Below, piece after piece: positions 1-11,850 of a stretch of DNA of 64,000 nt. The position numbers were made by a program, and so were the translations under genes. The notes under the pieces are model-generated. The model worked only from the letters and a program-made list of their open reading frames with translations, was not told the DNA's origin and searched no databases. Origin of the DNA: Callorhinchus milii (lineage: Eukaryota); contig NW_024704743.1 of assembly GCF_018977255.1 (NCBI RefSeq), positions 87,236,001 to 87,300,000 of the forward strand. The letters run 5' to 3'. Position 1 is the first letter of the stretch; each line of letters starts with the position of its first letter.

Positions 1-45
1 AGGAAGATATATTCACTGTAAAGACTCCCAACATAAACATTTACA

Positions 46-98
46 ATGTGCAGGGTTACTTATATAACATTGTTCCTTGCAACATTATTGGCTGTGAG
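46..98 (+). CDS. Candidate alternative first coding exon of OXR1 (MCRVTYITLFLATLLAV + R at the junction)
   Basis: ATG at 46 with A at -3, 17 open codons, then AG|gtaaga at 98/99. The phase-2 end joins the A at 60995 to give AGA, in frame. No homology or transcript support. Confidence 0.3.
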
Positions 99-1919
99 GT
101 AAGAGGAATTTAATTGACAGTGGATTACTGGAAAGTGATGTACCCCTAATAGGGATTATTTTGCAATACTCTCGGAGAACTGTATTTAATTAACTAACCT
201 GGTGTTCAAAACAATTTTGGTTCCAATACATAGTTTGAAGCCTGTCTTTCAGTAAGAGAAACAAGTTAGATATTTCAGATAGTGATCAAGTTTATTTTGT
301 GTCCTTGGATGGGTGTTAACTTTGCTCATAGAATTAAAATTTTAACATGGATTAGTCTCTATTTACATAACATTTGCTGATGGCTTCTGGATTTGGTTAG
401 CAGTAAATTGATCTGATCTTTGTGAACAGAGAAGAGAGAGAATTAAATAATCTAAGCGGGTCATATTCAGTGAGTGCAACAATAAGAATAAACTAGCTGA
501 GCTAAATGGGCTTTTCCCATTCCCGCCTTCCAGTGTTCTTTTAGATAATGACATAAACATTCTTGCAATTAAATTTGAGGTCAGGGTTGTAAGGAATTTG
601 GGGATAAAGAATTGCAACACTATGATTTTAAGCCAGGCAGTGATATAGCAACCTTGGGATATTTAACACATTGTATGTGGATACAGCCTCCTCCCTATAC
701 GCTTCTCAGCTCCCTCACCAAGGAGTGAACTGCACTATCTGCTAGACATGTGACTGACAGTTAGGAGGAAACCAGAATACAAATGCTGCAAACTGGTGGC
801 ATTGAATGGTTGGACTTTTGACATGGTCATTGAGAAGGATAGAATGGAGGAGAGGTGCAGTGCCTCTTTATCAGTCAACATAAATTCAATGTATGAGTTA
901 ACTAACACCATGGATGTCATTTAACACTTCCCAGATTTTACCCCAATGTTGCAACAGCCTACCCACAAATGTAGAATTTTGGATGAGGTAACACTATACG
1001 TTAGCAAAACCTTAGCCTTATCTTGAGTTTTGATTACTAAGTACTCCCAGGAATTAAAATGGTGATGGTGTCTATTCATGGTTATCAGTAAGTCTAAGAG
1101 GAACATGTTTTGGCCTTTGGTTTATCTGTTGCCTTTATTCCCTCTGTGTCAAACATAGCATTCTTTGGATTATACCCTTTGTTCTTGAAGAATGAACTCA
1201 TGTTCTGCGCCTTGAATACAAAACAATGGCTTTGTTGTAATGTCCTCAGTTGATGTCCATGAGGGATTTTAGTGCAGTTTTGCATCTGCTTGATTATCCT
1301 ACGAACATGTAGGTTGGCTATGGTTCAATAGATAAAATCCCAAGTACAAAAGACAACCTCACTTCACAACAAATGTCATTTTTTTATCGCAGCAAAAAGG
1401 ATGCTGGAACTGTATTGCCAAACCAGTTGATTTCAGATCCCCAGAAGTCATACTCGAGCTTGACAGTATTCTGCGTATAATTCTGTTCTCTATACATAAA
1501 GGGCTGTTCTTGCCCTGGAGAGAGTACAGAGAACTACAGTGAAGAGCAACTTCTGTGATCAATGTTGATCACAACATCATTAGATTCAGAGTGCATATGG
1601 AAAGTGTATCCTCTACAGTATATGTGAATACGCTGTGAAGCCTGCCCGATGTGAAAAGCCCCATATCACATGCAAGAATTATCATTATTAGTTATTTTAA
1701 GCTAAAGCTCTTCAGCCTTGAAAATTGACATTTCAGAGTGGACCTTTATGGAGGTAATATTAAGTGTGAAATTGGATTGAAAAATAAACCCCAGAAGGGT
1801 ATTTTAAGATGCATCAAGGAAACTAAACAGTCAGGTACAGGTTCAGAGTTTTAAAGGGCAATTTAAGGATGGAACTAGAAAGTATTTATCCAGATGGGAA
1901 TGAACAACCAACACTAGCC

Positions 1920-2222
1920 TGCTCCAGGTCCTCCACACTTCCTGCCCCACCATTGGCGATCGGTCATTCAGCATCTCTGCTCCCACAATCTGGAACTCTA
2001 CCCCGTAATGCCTCTGCTTCATCCCACTCTTGCCTCCTTGAAGTCCTGTCTAAAGACTTTCTTCTTCGACCGTGCCTTCGGCCATCCCCCCACCCTCACT
2101 CTCTCCTGCCTCCCACTCCCCCTGACACTAACTCCCACTCAGGTCCAAAAACCCTGATTGTCTAGCGCCCTGGGACATCTTTCCGACCTGAAGAATGCTA
2201 TACAAGTGTAATTTGTTGTTTT
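1920..2222 (+). mobile_element. L2 LINE 3' end fragment
   Basis: C-rich ORF2 end (cccaccattggcgatcgg..ttcagc..ctggaactct..ttcgaccgtgccttcgg), the terminal agcgccctgggac..tgaagaatgctata motif and a (tgt)n tail. Confidence 0.75.
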
Positions 2223-5184
2223 GTCTCTCTCATGCTTTACCGAATTTTTTCAGCAGTTGTAATTCTATAATTGCCAGGACTTACTGATTCAGTAGTAACA
2301 GTACAGATGGATGTGGACGGCATGTTACAAGACTGCATTCTGAAAGCTCTCTGTTACTGCCCTACCAGTGGTTGTTCTCGTTACTGGAGTGTCAACAGTT
2401 TTATGAACACATAATTTTAAGGAATCGGAGAAACAGCTGATGACTTCATTCAGGAATGGTGGTTACTGTTCATTAGGCATTCAATGGAAAGTAAACATAG
2501 GACTAGTTATGAGTGAAATGGCAATCTCCAGCTCAGTTTGGTAGATTCAATGTTGGGATTGGTATCTCTCTATTCTACTGTGTTACTGAAAAGTGCTTTT
2601 CTGTACTTTTGATCACACTTGCAGTGTGGTCACTGTTGACTTTCTCAATTCATTGGGCTGGAGGGGAAAGCAAAATGTTTTCCTTTCTAGTGAGTGTGTG
2701 TTCAGTCTACAATACCCTTTGAGACATTTAATCTTCAATTTATTTTTGATGTAATTGCTGAATTTATTTCATTTGTGCAGTCTGATTTCATCATCGTCAA
2801 AATCTACCGTGTGCTATCTCCCATAATAACTTCAGTTCAGTGATGGAGGGTTTTAATTTCTGAAAATAACAGCAGCAAACACTCAGCTGCTTTGCCAGCA
2901 AATGTTTTGCTTGAGTTGGAAATATCCGCAAGCCAGAATTTCTATAAATTGCAAGGGAACATTTTAAAAGTCCAGTTTGCAATTTTTCATCTGTTTTTCT
3001 TTCTTGATGGACGTGATGTTTAAGGGAATGTGGTTGCATGGCTGCCAGCTGCTATCCAAATGGTCATTCTTCACATCCGAGGCGAGATAGTGAATGTTAA
3101 CAAGCTATTTGAACAGCCAAGTCTCATCTTGATCTCAAAGACAATGTCTAAGCATATGCACATTCCATTAGGGGCTACTGATTATTATGTTAATAGTAAT
3201 CCTTCAGTTGATATGTACCGTATATTGTTGAGATGTCTCAAAGTGTTTCACAGGATTTACTGTAAATTATAGTGACTATGTAATTGTGGGTGAATGTGGC
3301 TCCCAATTTGCACATGGCAATGAACCACAAACTGGCATAAAATGAATGACTAATTTTGTTTGGGGGATTGTTGGTTTGCATTACGTTTCTACAGCAGTAC
3401 AACATTTCTAGGTGAGAATATTAGATCTTTTAGAAAATAGTTTGCAAATAGAAAATGTACTAAGTTCATGTTGAGGCTTTTATGTATCATGAGAGCCTGG
3501 GCAAGCCCACACTGATCACCCATCTGTTTTATAAAGAACGACCCACATTGATCACAGTTGAAAGTAGCAGAGAGCAGAAATAGATCTTATTCATCATTCT
3601 AAACACAGAACCTCATAGTACTTCAGTGACCGATGGAGCTGCCAGGAATTTGTTAGAATAGCAGTGGGACTTCATGCACTGCAGGTACTATTCAGTTACA
3701 GTGCTCCTCTCTCTGATTTTACAGCATCACTTCACATTGTAAGGGAGGGATCAGTCTGCTTGAGGTCATTGTAAAATCTGCACTACAAATATTTATTTCT
3801 GCTTTTCCTATGTAGCATGCATGTAACATAGGAATGTACAGGATAAGAAAAGATCACAAGAGATTAAAAAAGGCAGTTTAAAAAAAATTCTTTCCCTCAG
3901 ACTTCACAATCAATTTCTTCAGTAAGTAACTACCTCATTCCCTCTACAAAATGCTGACGCAATCTGTCTGCACCACTTCCCAATGCATTCCACAACTTCA
4001 CCACTCTGTGCTTCATAAATACGTCCAAACTGTCTCTTCACCTACCCTCTCCTGAGCTTGACGTCATGTCTTTAATGAACATCTGGTGTCTGCGAAGAGT
4101 GAACACGAGAATCTAAATTGCATCACATTCAGTGTATGTTCCAAAAAGGAAATTCATATCCCTTCGATCTCTGAGAAAATGAACTCTAAAGGGGTGAGTG
4201 TATCAAGGTCTGAGCACATCCAAATCCATTTTATGGAATTTGGATTTGAGCATATTGAGTCAGGAAATAATGCTTAGCACCAACTCAATACTTCTTAATT
4301 AAATTTATTTATAAAACTTTGTGGTATTAAAATTCATACTGTGCACTAGAAACAATTAACAATTTATTATTTCAAATGCTAATTGATGTAAACTGTTCTC
4401 TCAGTTTGCTGCTCAGGGGAAGTAACGTCAATTGCTGTGGGTAGAGATGCGTCACAGAAAAATCATCAAATCACAGGGAAATTATAAAAAAAATTGGGAA
4501 AATCCCATGAACTTGTGTAACTGTGTTACAGTTATCTTGTGTTAATTAATGTGAGGAGTAAGGTTCATTGGAAAACTGCTCCACAGTCTCCTTGCCATCA
4601 TTAAAAATACAGTAATCAACCAAAGGAAGGACTAACCACTGTAAGGAAATGTGAAATGATTATTGTTTAAGTACAGTATTGAGCATAATATGTTTTTAGC
4701 TGTTGATTTTTGTGTTACAAAAGTGAAAATATTTTGTAAGAATGTAGCGCGATCCATTACTTGGTGCCTGTAAATGTAATGACTAGTCTAGAGAGAACAA
4801 TCCCTGATCTAGCAATCCCTCAACCTGTCAAATTAACCCAGTGCAGGACAACAGCAAGGGATTGCAATCAAACACTTCTATGTAGTTGGAGGCAGAAATA
4901 AGACTTTAACACAAACACTACTTCTGTATGTGGGTTGGAGAGTAGAGGGGAATGGCATTTTGACCATATCAGTGAGATGTGAAAATACCAAGCTTTGTAC
5001 AATGTCACATAATAATAAATCACCAGGTTTGCTGATTAGTGAAACATCTTTGACAAGTTATTCCTCAAGATGTTTCCAATTGCATCGACTTTACCGAGTT
5101 TTGCAATGGGTATGGTTACATCAGACACCAGTGTCAAGAGTGTTGCTGTACTTCAAATACAGTTCTTGGCTTTATGTCCAGAGA

Positions 5185-5483
5185 AACCCTTGATTAGACC
5201 AGATTTGGAATATTGTATACAGTTCTGGTCACCATATTATATGGAAGATACCACAGCTTTAGAGACAGTACGGTGAAGGTTTACAAGGAAGTTATCTGGA
5301 ATGATTGGATATAAGTATCAAGGAAGATTGGACTGGTTGTAGCTATTCTCTCTAGAGTTGAGACTGTTGAGAAGGGGCCCTGACAGAGGTGTTTAAGATT
5401 ATGAAAGGATTCAATAAAATGGACGGTGATACGTTTCCACTTGATGGGTCCAAAACTAGAGGATATAAATATAAGATAGCTAG
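5185..5483 (+). mobile_element. Old CR1 LINE 3' region, left part (interrupted)
   Basis: Encodes LIRPDLEYCIQFWSPYY..., a degenerate CR1 ORF2 C-terminus. It continues after 7505. Confidence 0.85.
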
Positions 5484-5485
5484 TA

Positions 5486-7504
5486 CAGTGAAATTCTGTT
5501 ATTTGAATATTCAATTTGATGGTAAAATTATTCAGTAAACTGAACAATTCTGAGACCTAGACTAAACATAAGAGGAGACTCATCTCCCGGAGCTCAAGCC
5601 ATACGGCCTCCAACTGCACCGGAAGCAGAAACGCTTTCCTCCACCAAACAAACCCATACTCACTCGCATGTGGCCAACTGACTGATCGCCAGTAACCTCT
5701 GTGGGGAGGAAGATGAGGGGAAGAGAAGGAGGAGAGGATGCTGGAGACGATCGCCTGCTGTAGAAGGGAGTGATTTTGGATACTGCATTTATTTAAACTC
5801 AGATTAATTGGTTTTATATGAACGGTCACAGGGAAAATTATTATGTGACCGTTCAGATAAAACCAAACTGAATTATTCATATATCCGGTATTTGGCTAAC
5901 TGATCTATCTCTTAGATTAGGCATGACATGATTTGGGATTTCTAAATTCCTTTGAATAAACTGAACTATTTAATTATAAGAACATAAGAACATAAGAATT
6001 AGGAGCAGGAGTAGGCCATTCGGCCCCTCGAGCCTGCCCCGCCATTCGATAAGATCATGGCTGATCTGCTGACCTAACTCTAATTACCTGCCCTATCCCC
6101 ATATCTCCTAATCACTGTATTTTTAAAAAAATCTATCAGTCTCAGCCTTGAAGATGTTCAAGGACTGAGCATCTACAGCCTTCTGGGGTAGTGAATTCCA
6201 TAAATTCACTACCCTCTGAGTGAAGAAATGTTTCCTCAACTCTGTTCGAAAAGGCTGACCCTTAATTTTAAGACTGTAACCCCTGGTTATAGATTCTCCT
6301 ACCAGGGGAAACAGTCCCTCAGTGTCTACTTTATCCAGCCCTTTAAGAATCTTATATGTTTCAATAAGATCTCCCCTAATTCTTCTGTACTCTAGAGAAT
6401 ATAGCCCTAGTTTATTCAACCTATCCTCATAGGTCAGTCCCCTCATCCCAGGAACTAACCGAGTGAATCTACGCTGCACCCCCTCTAGGGCAAGTATGTC
6501 CTTTTTTAAATAAGGAGACCAAAACTGCACACAATACTCCAGGTGCGGTCTCACCAAAGCCCTATACAGTTGCAGCAAGACTTCCCTACTCTTGTACTCT
6601 AAACCTTTTGCAATGAATGCTAATGTGCCGTTTGCCTTCTTAGTTGCTTGCTGCACCTGCAAACTAACTTTTTGAGACTGTTGTACAAGGACGCCCAAAT
6701 CCCTCTGCACACTAACACTATCTAATCTCTCCCCCTCTAGAAAATAATCTGTTTTTCTATTTTTTCTACCTAGGTGAATAACTTCACACTTCTCCACATT
6801 AAATTCCATCTGCCACCTACTCGCCCGCTCCCCTAGCCTATCTATATCCTGTTGCAATCTTTTTGCATCATCCTCAGAGCTTACTCTCCCACCTAGTTTA
6901 GTGTCATCCGCGAATTTAGATACGTTACATTCAATGTCCTCATCTAGATCATTGATGTAAATTGTAAATAGCTGAGGCCCAAGCACTGATCCTTGTGGCA
7001 CTCCACTAGTCACATCCTGCCAATTCGAGAATGACCCGTTTATCTCTACTCTCTGTTTTCTACCCGTTAGCCACTCTTCAATCCATGCTAATATATTCCC
7101 ATTAATCCCGTGGGCCTTGTGCAATAGCCTCTTGTGTGGCACTTTGTCAAATGCCTTTTTAAAATCTAAATATACTACATCTACTGGATCCCCCCTATCT
7201 AACCTGCTAGATACATCTTCAAAAAACTCTAAAAGATTAGTTAAGCATGACTTCCCTTTTGTCAAGCCATGTTGACTCTGCCTAATCTTGTTATGGTCTT
7301 CCAGGAATCCCATAACGACATCTTTAATTAAGGACTGAAGAATTTTCCCTACCACTGATGTCAGACTAACTGGTCTATAGTTCCCCATCTTTTTTCTCCC
7401 ACCCTTCTTAAATAGTGGTATTACGTTTGCAATCTTCCAATCAATGGGATTATCCGATATTCCAATCCAGAATTATCCGATATTCAATTAACCAAATTTC
7501 TCTG
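5486..7504. mobile_element. Non-autonomous DNA transposon (Tc1/mariner, Tigger/pogo-like MITE) split by a young CR1
   Basis: Left end TA|cagtgaaattctgttatttgaatat. Right end reverse complement cagagaaatttggttaattgaatat, giving an imperfect TIR of about 25 bp. Right flank is CA, possibly a mutated TA target duplication. Confidence 0.6.
5976..7449 (-). mobile_element. Young 5'-truncated CR1 LINE with near-intact reverse transcriptase (ORF 6123-7388)
   Basis: 421-aa ORF with NYRPVSLTS, YLDFKKAFDKVPH, GVPQGSVLGP, FADD and [13 protein letters not shown]. Octamer tail (ataagaac)n on + at 5976-6000. Confidence 0.97.
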
Positions 7505-7506
7505 CA

Positions 7507-7757
7507 GAGGAGGTAATAAGGAATTAGGTGCAACATGTGGAGAGTGATAATAGTGTGGATCTCATTACCAGAAACTGGGGTTGAAGCAAAAAGAATCAAC
7601 GTATGTAAGAGAAAACTTGATGCATTTATGAGGTAGAAGGGAATAGAGGGGTGTAGGTGAGGGGATTAGGATGTGTGGAGACTTGTGTAGTATAAATACA
7701 GGCACAGTTTAGTTGGGTCAAATGGAATGTTTCCAAACTGTATCATTCTTTGTATCA
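7507..7757 (+). mobile_element. Old CR1 LINE 3' end, right part of the 5185 element
   Basis: Degenerate CR1 end of ORF2 and 3' UTR (..gaaaacttgatgcatttatgagg..ggcacagtttagttgggtcaaatgg..cattctttgta). Confidence 0.7.
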
Positions 7758-9040
7758 CAGATGTAGACTGTGAAGAACCCATTCTCGGCACATTTAGCAC
7801 TCCTGCAAAGATCACTACAGAATTGTTAAATTACTATATGAGCTTCAGCTACAAAACATTTCTGGTGAGAAGACTTGCTACATCAAATCTAAGGATAATT
7901 TGCTGCTGTAACCATGGGAGAGAACAGAAGCTTTACACTTGCAAATAGTAATTGCAGCAAGTCATTGTTCGAGATAAATGTGTGCAGAGTCTCCTGTGGA
8001 AAGCATTTTAATGTTTCAGATGGAATATTTCATCACCATTCACACGATACGTGTATCAGTGCCATTTTTAGGTATTGTCAGACATGTTGCCAACATCTAG
8101 AAACTCAACCCTTGCACTCAGAAAATGACATAAAATTATTTTTAACAATAAACGGAGAAATAGGGGCACTGGGTAGAAATGTATAATTGCTTTTAAATGC
8201 TGAAATCGAATTGGTCCGGAAGTGACCTTCGATTTCAATTGAAGGACATGTGATGCCATTTAGCAATACCTGACGCATTGTGTTACAAGGATCAGAAATC
8301 GTGCAATGAAACAAGGTGCTTTGGCTCACCGAGTGCGTTTCCAGTGAACTGGAGACAATTTATACTGACCTGATATCTTCCTAAATTAATCTCTTGAGGA
8401 AAGGGAATAGCCACAGGGAATACCTCCAAGAGGAAAACAATGCTGGGAAGGAAGTCAGAGCCCTGGATATCAATTTGATGCTTTTATATACATTATTTAA
8501 ACCTGACCAGCTGCATTCTGCAGATGGTGTTTCTTTGGTCCCAGCAGGCCTTAATTTGTCATGTTGGAAAGTCAACCTGGATTCAGAGATACATTTTAAT
8601 TGGTGCTTTCCAGAACCTTATTTTGGGGAGGGGAGGGGGGCAGAGCATCATTTAATAAATAAATAAACACCTGGAACAATATAATATCTGGAAATGCATG
8701 AGTGACAATTATGCCTACTTGGCATTACAGTAGGTTATAGTTAAGGAATAGATTGGACACGAGCTATGGTTTGATTTTCTTAATTGCAACGTCCTGTATC
8801 CCAGTGGTCTATTATTGGTCAACTATTTCTGGCACTATATGTCAGGCTTGCAGACTGCCAGTGGGAAAAATTGGCTGCCAACCCAAAGTCAGATCCTAGA
8901 TAAACAAATTCAATTTGTGCACATGTGCAAAGTTGCATGCATTGTTTCTATGAATGATATTTAACAAAAGCCCAAAAAGTTGTGTGTGTGTGTTTGTGTG
9001 TGTATGAGAGGGAGAGAGAGTGTGGAGAGAAAGTCAGGGA

Positions 9041-9355
9041 AATAATAATAATAATAATCCTTGCATTTGATATAGCGCTTTTCACGTCTTCTAGATGTCC
9101 CAAAGCGCTTCACAGAATATACTGTAAAGACTGTATATTTGTGAGCGAACGCAGCAGCCAATTGCGCACAGCAGTGTCCCACAAACAGTCGTAGATTAAA
9201 AATTACCAATTTATTATTGTTTTTTGTTTTGGAGGGATTATTATTAGGCGTGTGGAGTAAGGAAACGTGCCCCAGGTTTCGCCCTGACCTGCCTGGAATT
9301 GAACTCAGGTCTCTCGCTTGCAAAGCGAGTGCTCTAACCACTGAGCTACAGGACT
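9041..9355 (-). mobile_element. tRNA-derived short SINE (family A), full length
   Basis: On the minus strand: A-box tagctcagtggttagagc, B-box-like gagttcaattcc, short body, L2-like tail aagcgctttgggac..aaagcgctatatcaaatgcaagga(tta)n. Confidence 0.9.
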
Positions 9356-10494
9356 AAATGGGGGGGAGAGAGGCTTAGATGGGAAGAGGAACATTTAGGA
9401 ATAGGGGATTGTTGCCGAGAGAAGAAACATATCTCCTGATGAAATCATTTTCTAGTTAGCATTTTGGCCAATTTCTGTTTTGTGTGGTATCTATTTATCT
9501 GCACTATTTTCTTATTTGCATTAGGGATGGTCCCAATTGTTCTGAATAATCAACTCTTGATTAATTGGTATTTGCAGGAATGGACTTCTTAAAGTGTTTG
9601 AATTTAATTCCTTGAAGTGTCTATCCTCTTTGGAGGAGGAAGAGCTGAGTTGAGCTTGCTCGAAGGTAACGATGCTTGGCAAAGAAATGTGGGAATCAAG
9701 TCAATCCTCTGTGTCATTCTCAGTAGTCTAGTTCTAGGTGAACATGAGCCTGAGTCACAACACACTGTGATGTTATGTCTCTGTAGGTGGAAATTCTTTA
9801 CCACTTTCTTCACTGTTGCTTTTTCTATTCATTACTTTTTGCAACTTTCATTTTAATAGCTGAGCTTATTCCATACTTCAGCTGGTTTGGACTGGCTTAA
9901 TACATAGTGCAGGACCTCACCCAAGCCTGAATGCTTAGAATAAGCCTGACATTTTACTGTAGATTCACTGGACTTGTAACTGTGAAAAAATGCCAAACCC
10001 CAGAGCACCAAGTGTCACAGAAATAAATGTAAGTTTAGCCTTAAAGGATATTTGAGGTGACATGCTGTGGCTGAATGCACAAACTGTTTTCTGCTATGCG
10101 GCTGCATAATTTCCTGTGCGATGTACCCAGAGAATTTAGGTCGAGTGCATTTCTTCCTCTGCGAAGACATTAGGCGCATTATCTGATTGCTGTACAACTC
10201 TTTATTTTAGGTACTGTGTGGAATGTGCTTATGCTTAGAGCATTTGGTTCAGGAATTAATTCTCATTTCAATACCATTGTCAATTAGCTTCCACTTTTCT
10301 CAAGCTCATACATCAAAACATCGGGTTTAGCTGTCAAAAATAAGCCTCTAGGATAGAACAAGATTTTGCAACATTTCAGAGTTGGCAGGATGACGGACAG
10401 ATTCCTGTAAACATTTTCTGTTTAAAAGCTCCAGTTTTAAGGTGAATCAAAAAGGATTTCTCAAAGTTGCTTCACAGGAATTCACTGGAAGTTT

Positions 10495-10640
10495 AGCATA
10501 CAGTGAGTAGCTGAGCCGAAGGGATTCTGAAAGCACAACTGCTACTTCTCCAGACCTCAGGGGTGCTAGCAGTTAGCCTGAGTACTGAGTACTGCTCTGG
10601 CTCGGGAGGTGAAAGTCAGCCATTGTTCACTCTCCTGTAA
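10495..10640 (+). mobile_element. LF-SINE-like ancient SINE fragment
   Basis: ggggtgctagcagttagcctgag..ggctcgggaggtgaaagtcagcc..ctcctg resembles the LF-SINE body as I recall it. Confidence 0.45.
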
Positions 10641-10704
10641 TAATATTTTTTTGTTTTAATAATTAAATTATCCTTTCATTTGATATATTTCATGTCAGGG
10701 GGAT

Positions 10705-11850
10705 TTACAAAGAATTCATAGCATGAAAACAGTCCACTCAGCTCCACTAGTCCTTGCCAATGTTTATATAACACACAAGTCTTCAACCATTGTATACTCA
10801 CTCCCATACCCTTCTACTGCCCTCTCACTCATGTGAATGCTCAGCTTCCTTTTAAATTGATTTACACTATCTGATTCAACCACCGCTTCAGGTAGCTTGT
10901 TCCACAATCTCACTACCCTTTGTGAAGTGGTTCCTCAGAAATTCTCTTTTAGATCCCCAAATCGCTATCTTAATTTGGGTCCCTTGGTTACGGACTCCTC
11001 AACCAGTGGAAACAACCTATTTATGTTAATCTTATTGAACCATTTTATAATTTTAAACACTTCTATTACCCCCCACCCATCCCCACTTCATCCTCCTAAA
11101 TATATGCTGTACTCTTTCCATTGCTGCTATATCCTTATAATGTGGAGACCAGAATTAGATACAATACTCCAAATGTGTCTAACCAAGGTTTTGTATAAAT
11201 TCAACAGCACCTCCTTACTTTTATATTCTATTCCTCCTGGATAAAAGCCCAAGACTCCATTGGCCTTTTTTATACTCTTAACTACCTGTGAAGCTACTGT
11301 TAGAGATTTGTGGATTTGAATCCCCAGATCTCTTTGCTCCTCTTCTCCTCTTAGGTTAGAATCATAGAATATTAGAGCACAGAACCCCTGGTTCCTCTCT
11401 ATTTACTCTATCAAGACTCTTGTCAAGACTTTGAACGTGCATGGTCCAGGCTGACACTCCAGTGCAGTGCTAGGGATGTGCTGGCTGTTGTAGCACTGCA
11501 CTGGAGTGTCAGCCTAGCCTAGACATACTCACATGAGACAGCATGCGGAAGTCCTGGCATTAACTGGGGGTGATAACTCCGTCCATCAACCCTCTCTGAG
11601 TGCTGTTCATCATCTTGAAGTTTATCACTACCTGCAGCCCATCATACAGCAGCAGTCCTCCCTCTCGGACCATCTAGACTATAGACGGCTTTATTTTCCC
11701 GCCAAAGTGAATAGCGTAGCATTTGCCGACATTAACTTAATTTGCCATCTGTTGTACATTCTGCTAGCCTGTTAATATCTGCTTGCATTCCTCTTCACTA
11801 TTTATAAGCCCTTCAGTTTGATGTCATTTGCAAATTTTGACCTTGTTGAT
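10705..11850 (-). mobile_element. Old CR1 fragments interrupted by a SINE piece near 11425-11530
   Basis: Reverse-strand CR1 3' UTR and ORF2 remnants (ggagaccagaattagatacaatactccaaatgtgtctaaccaagg; tttgatgtcatttgcaaattt = FADD-region remnant). Confidence 0.75.
11448..11515. repeat. Perfect 25-bp inverted repeat with an 18-nt loop
   Basis: aggctgacactccagtgcagtgcta (11448-11472) is the exact reverse complement of tagcactgcactggagtgtcagcct (11491-11515). Confidence 0.97.

Noticed and set aside
4059..4066. Palindromic CRE TGACGTCA
   Set aside because: It is isolated and appears to lie within a decayed antisense CR1 fragment; about one chance occurrence is expected in this length.
4179..4199. 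ATG AAC TCT AAA GGG|gtgagt as a first exon resembling ..KNSPG
   Set aside because: The donor is phase 0, so it is out of frame with the phase-2 exon at 60995.
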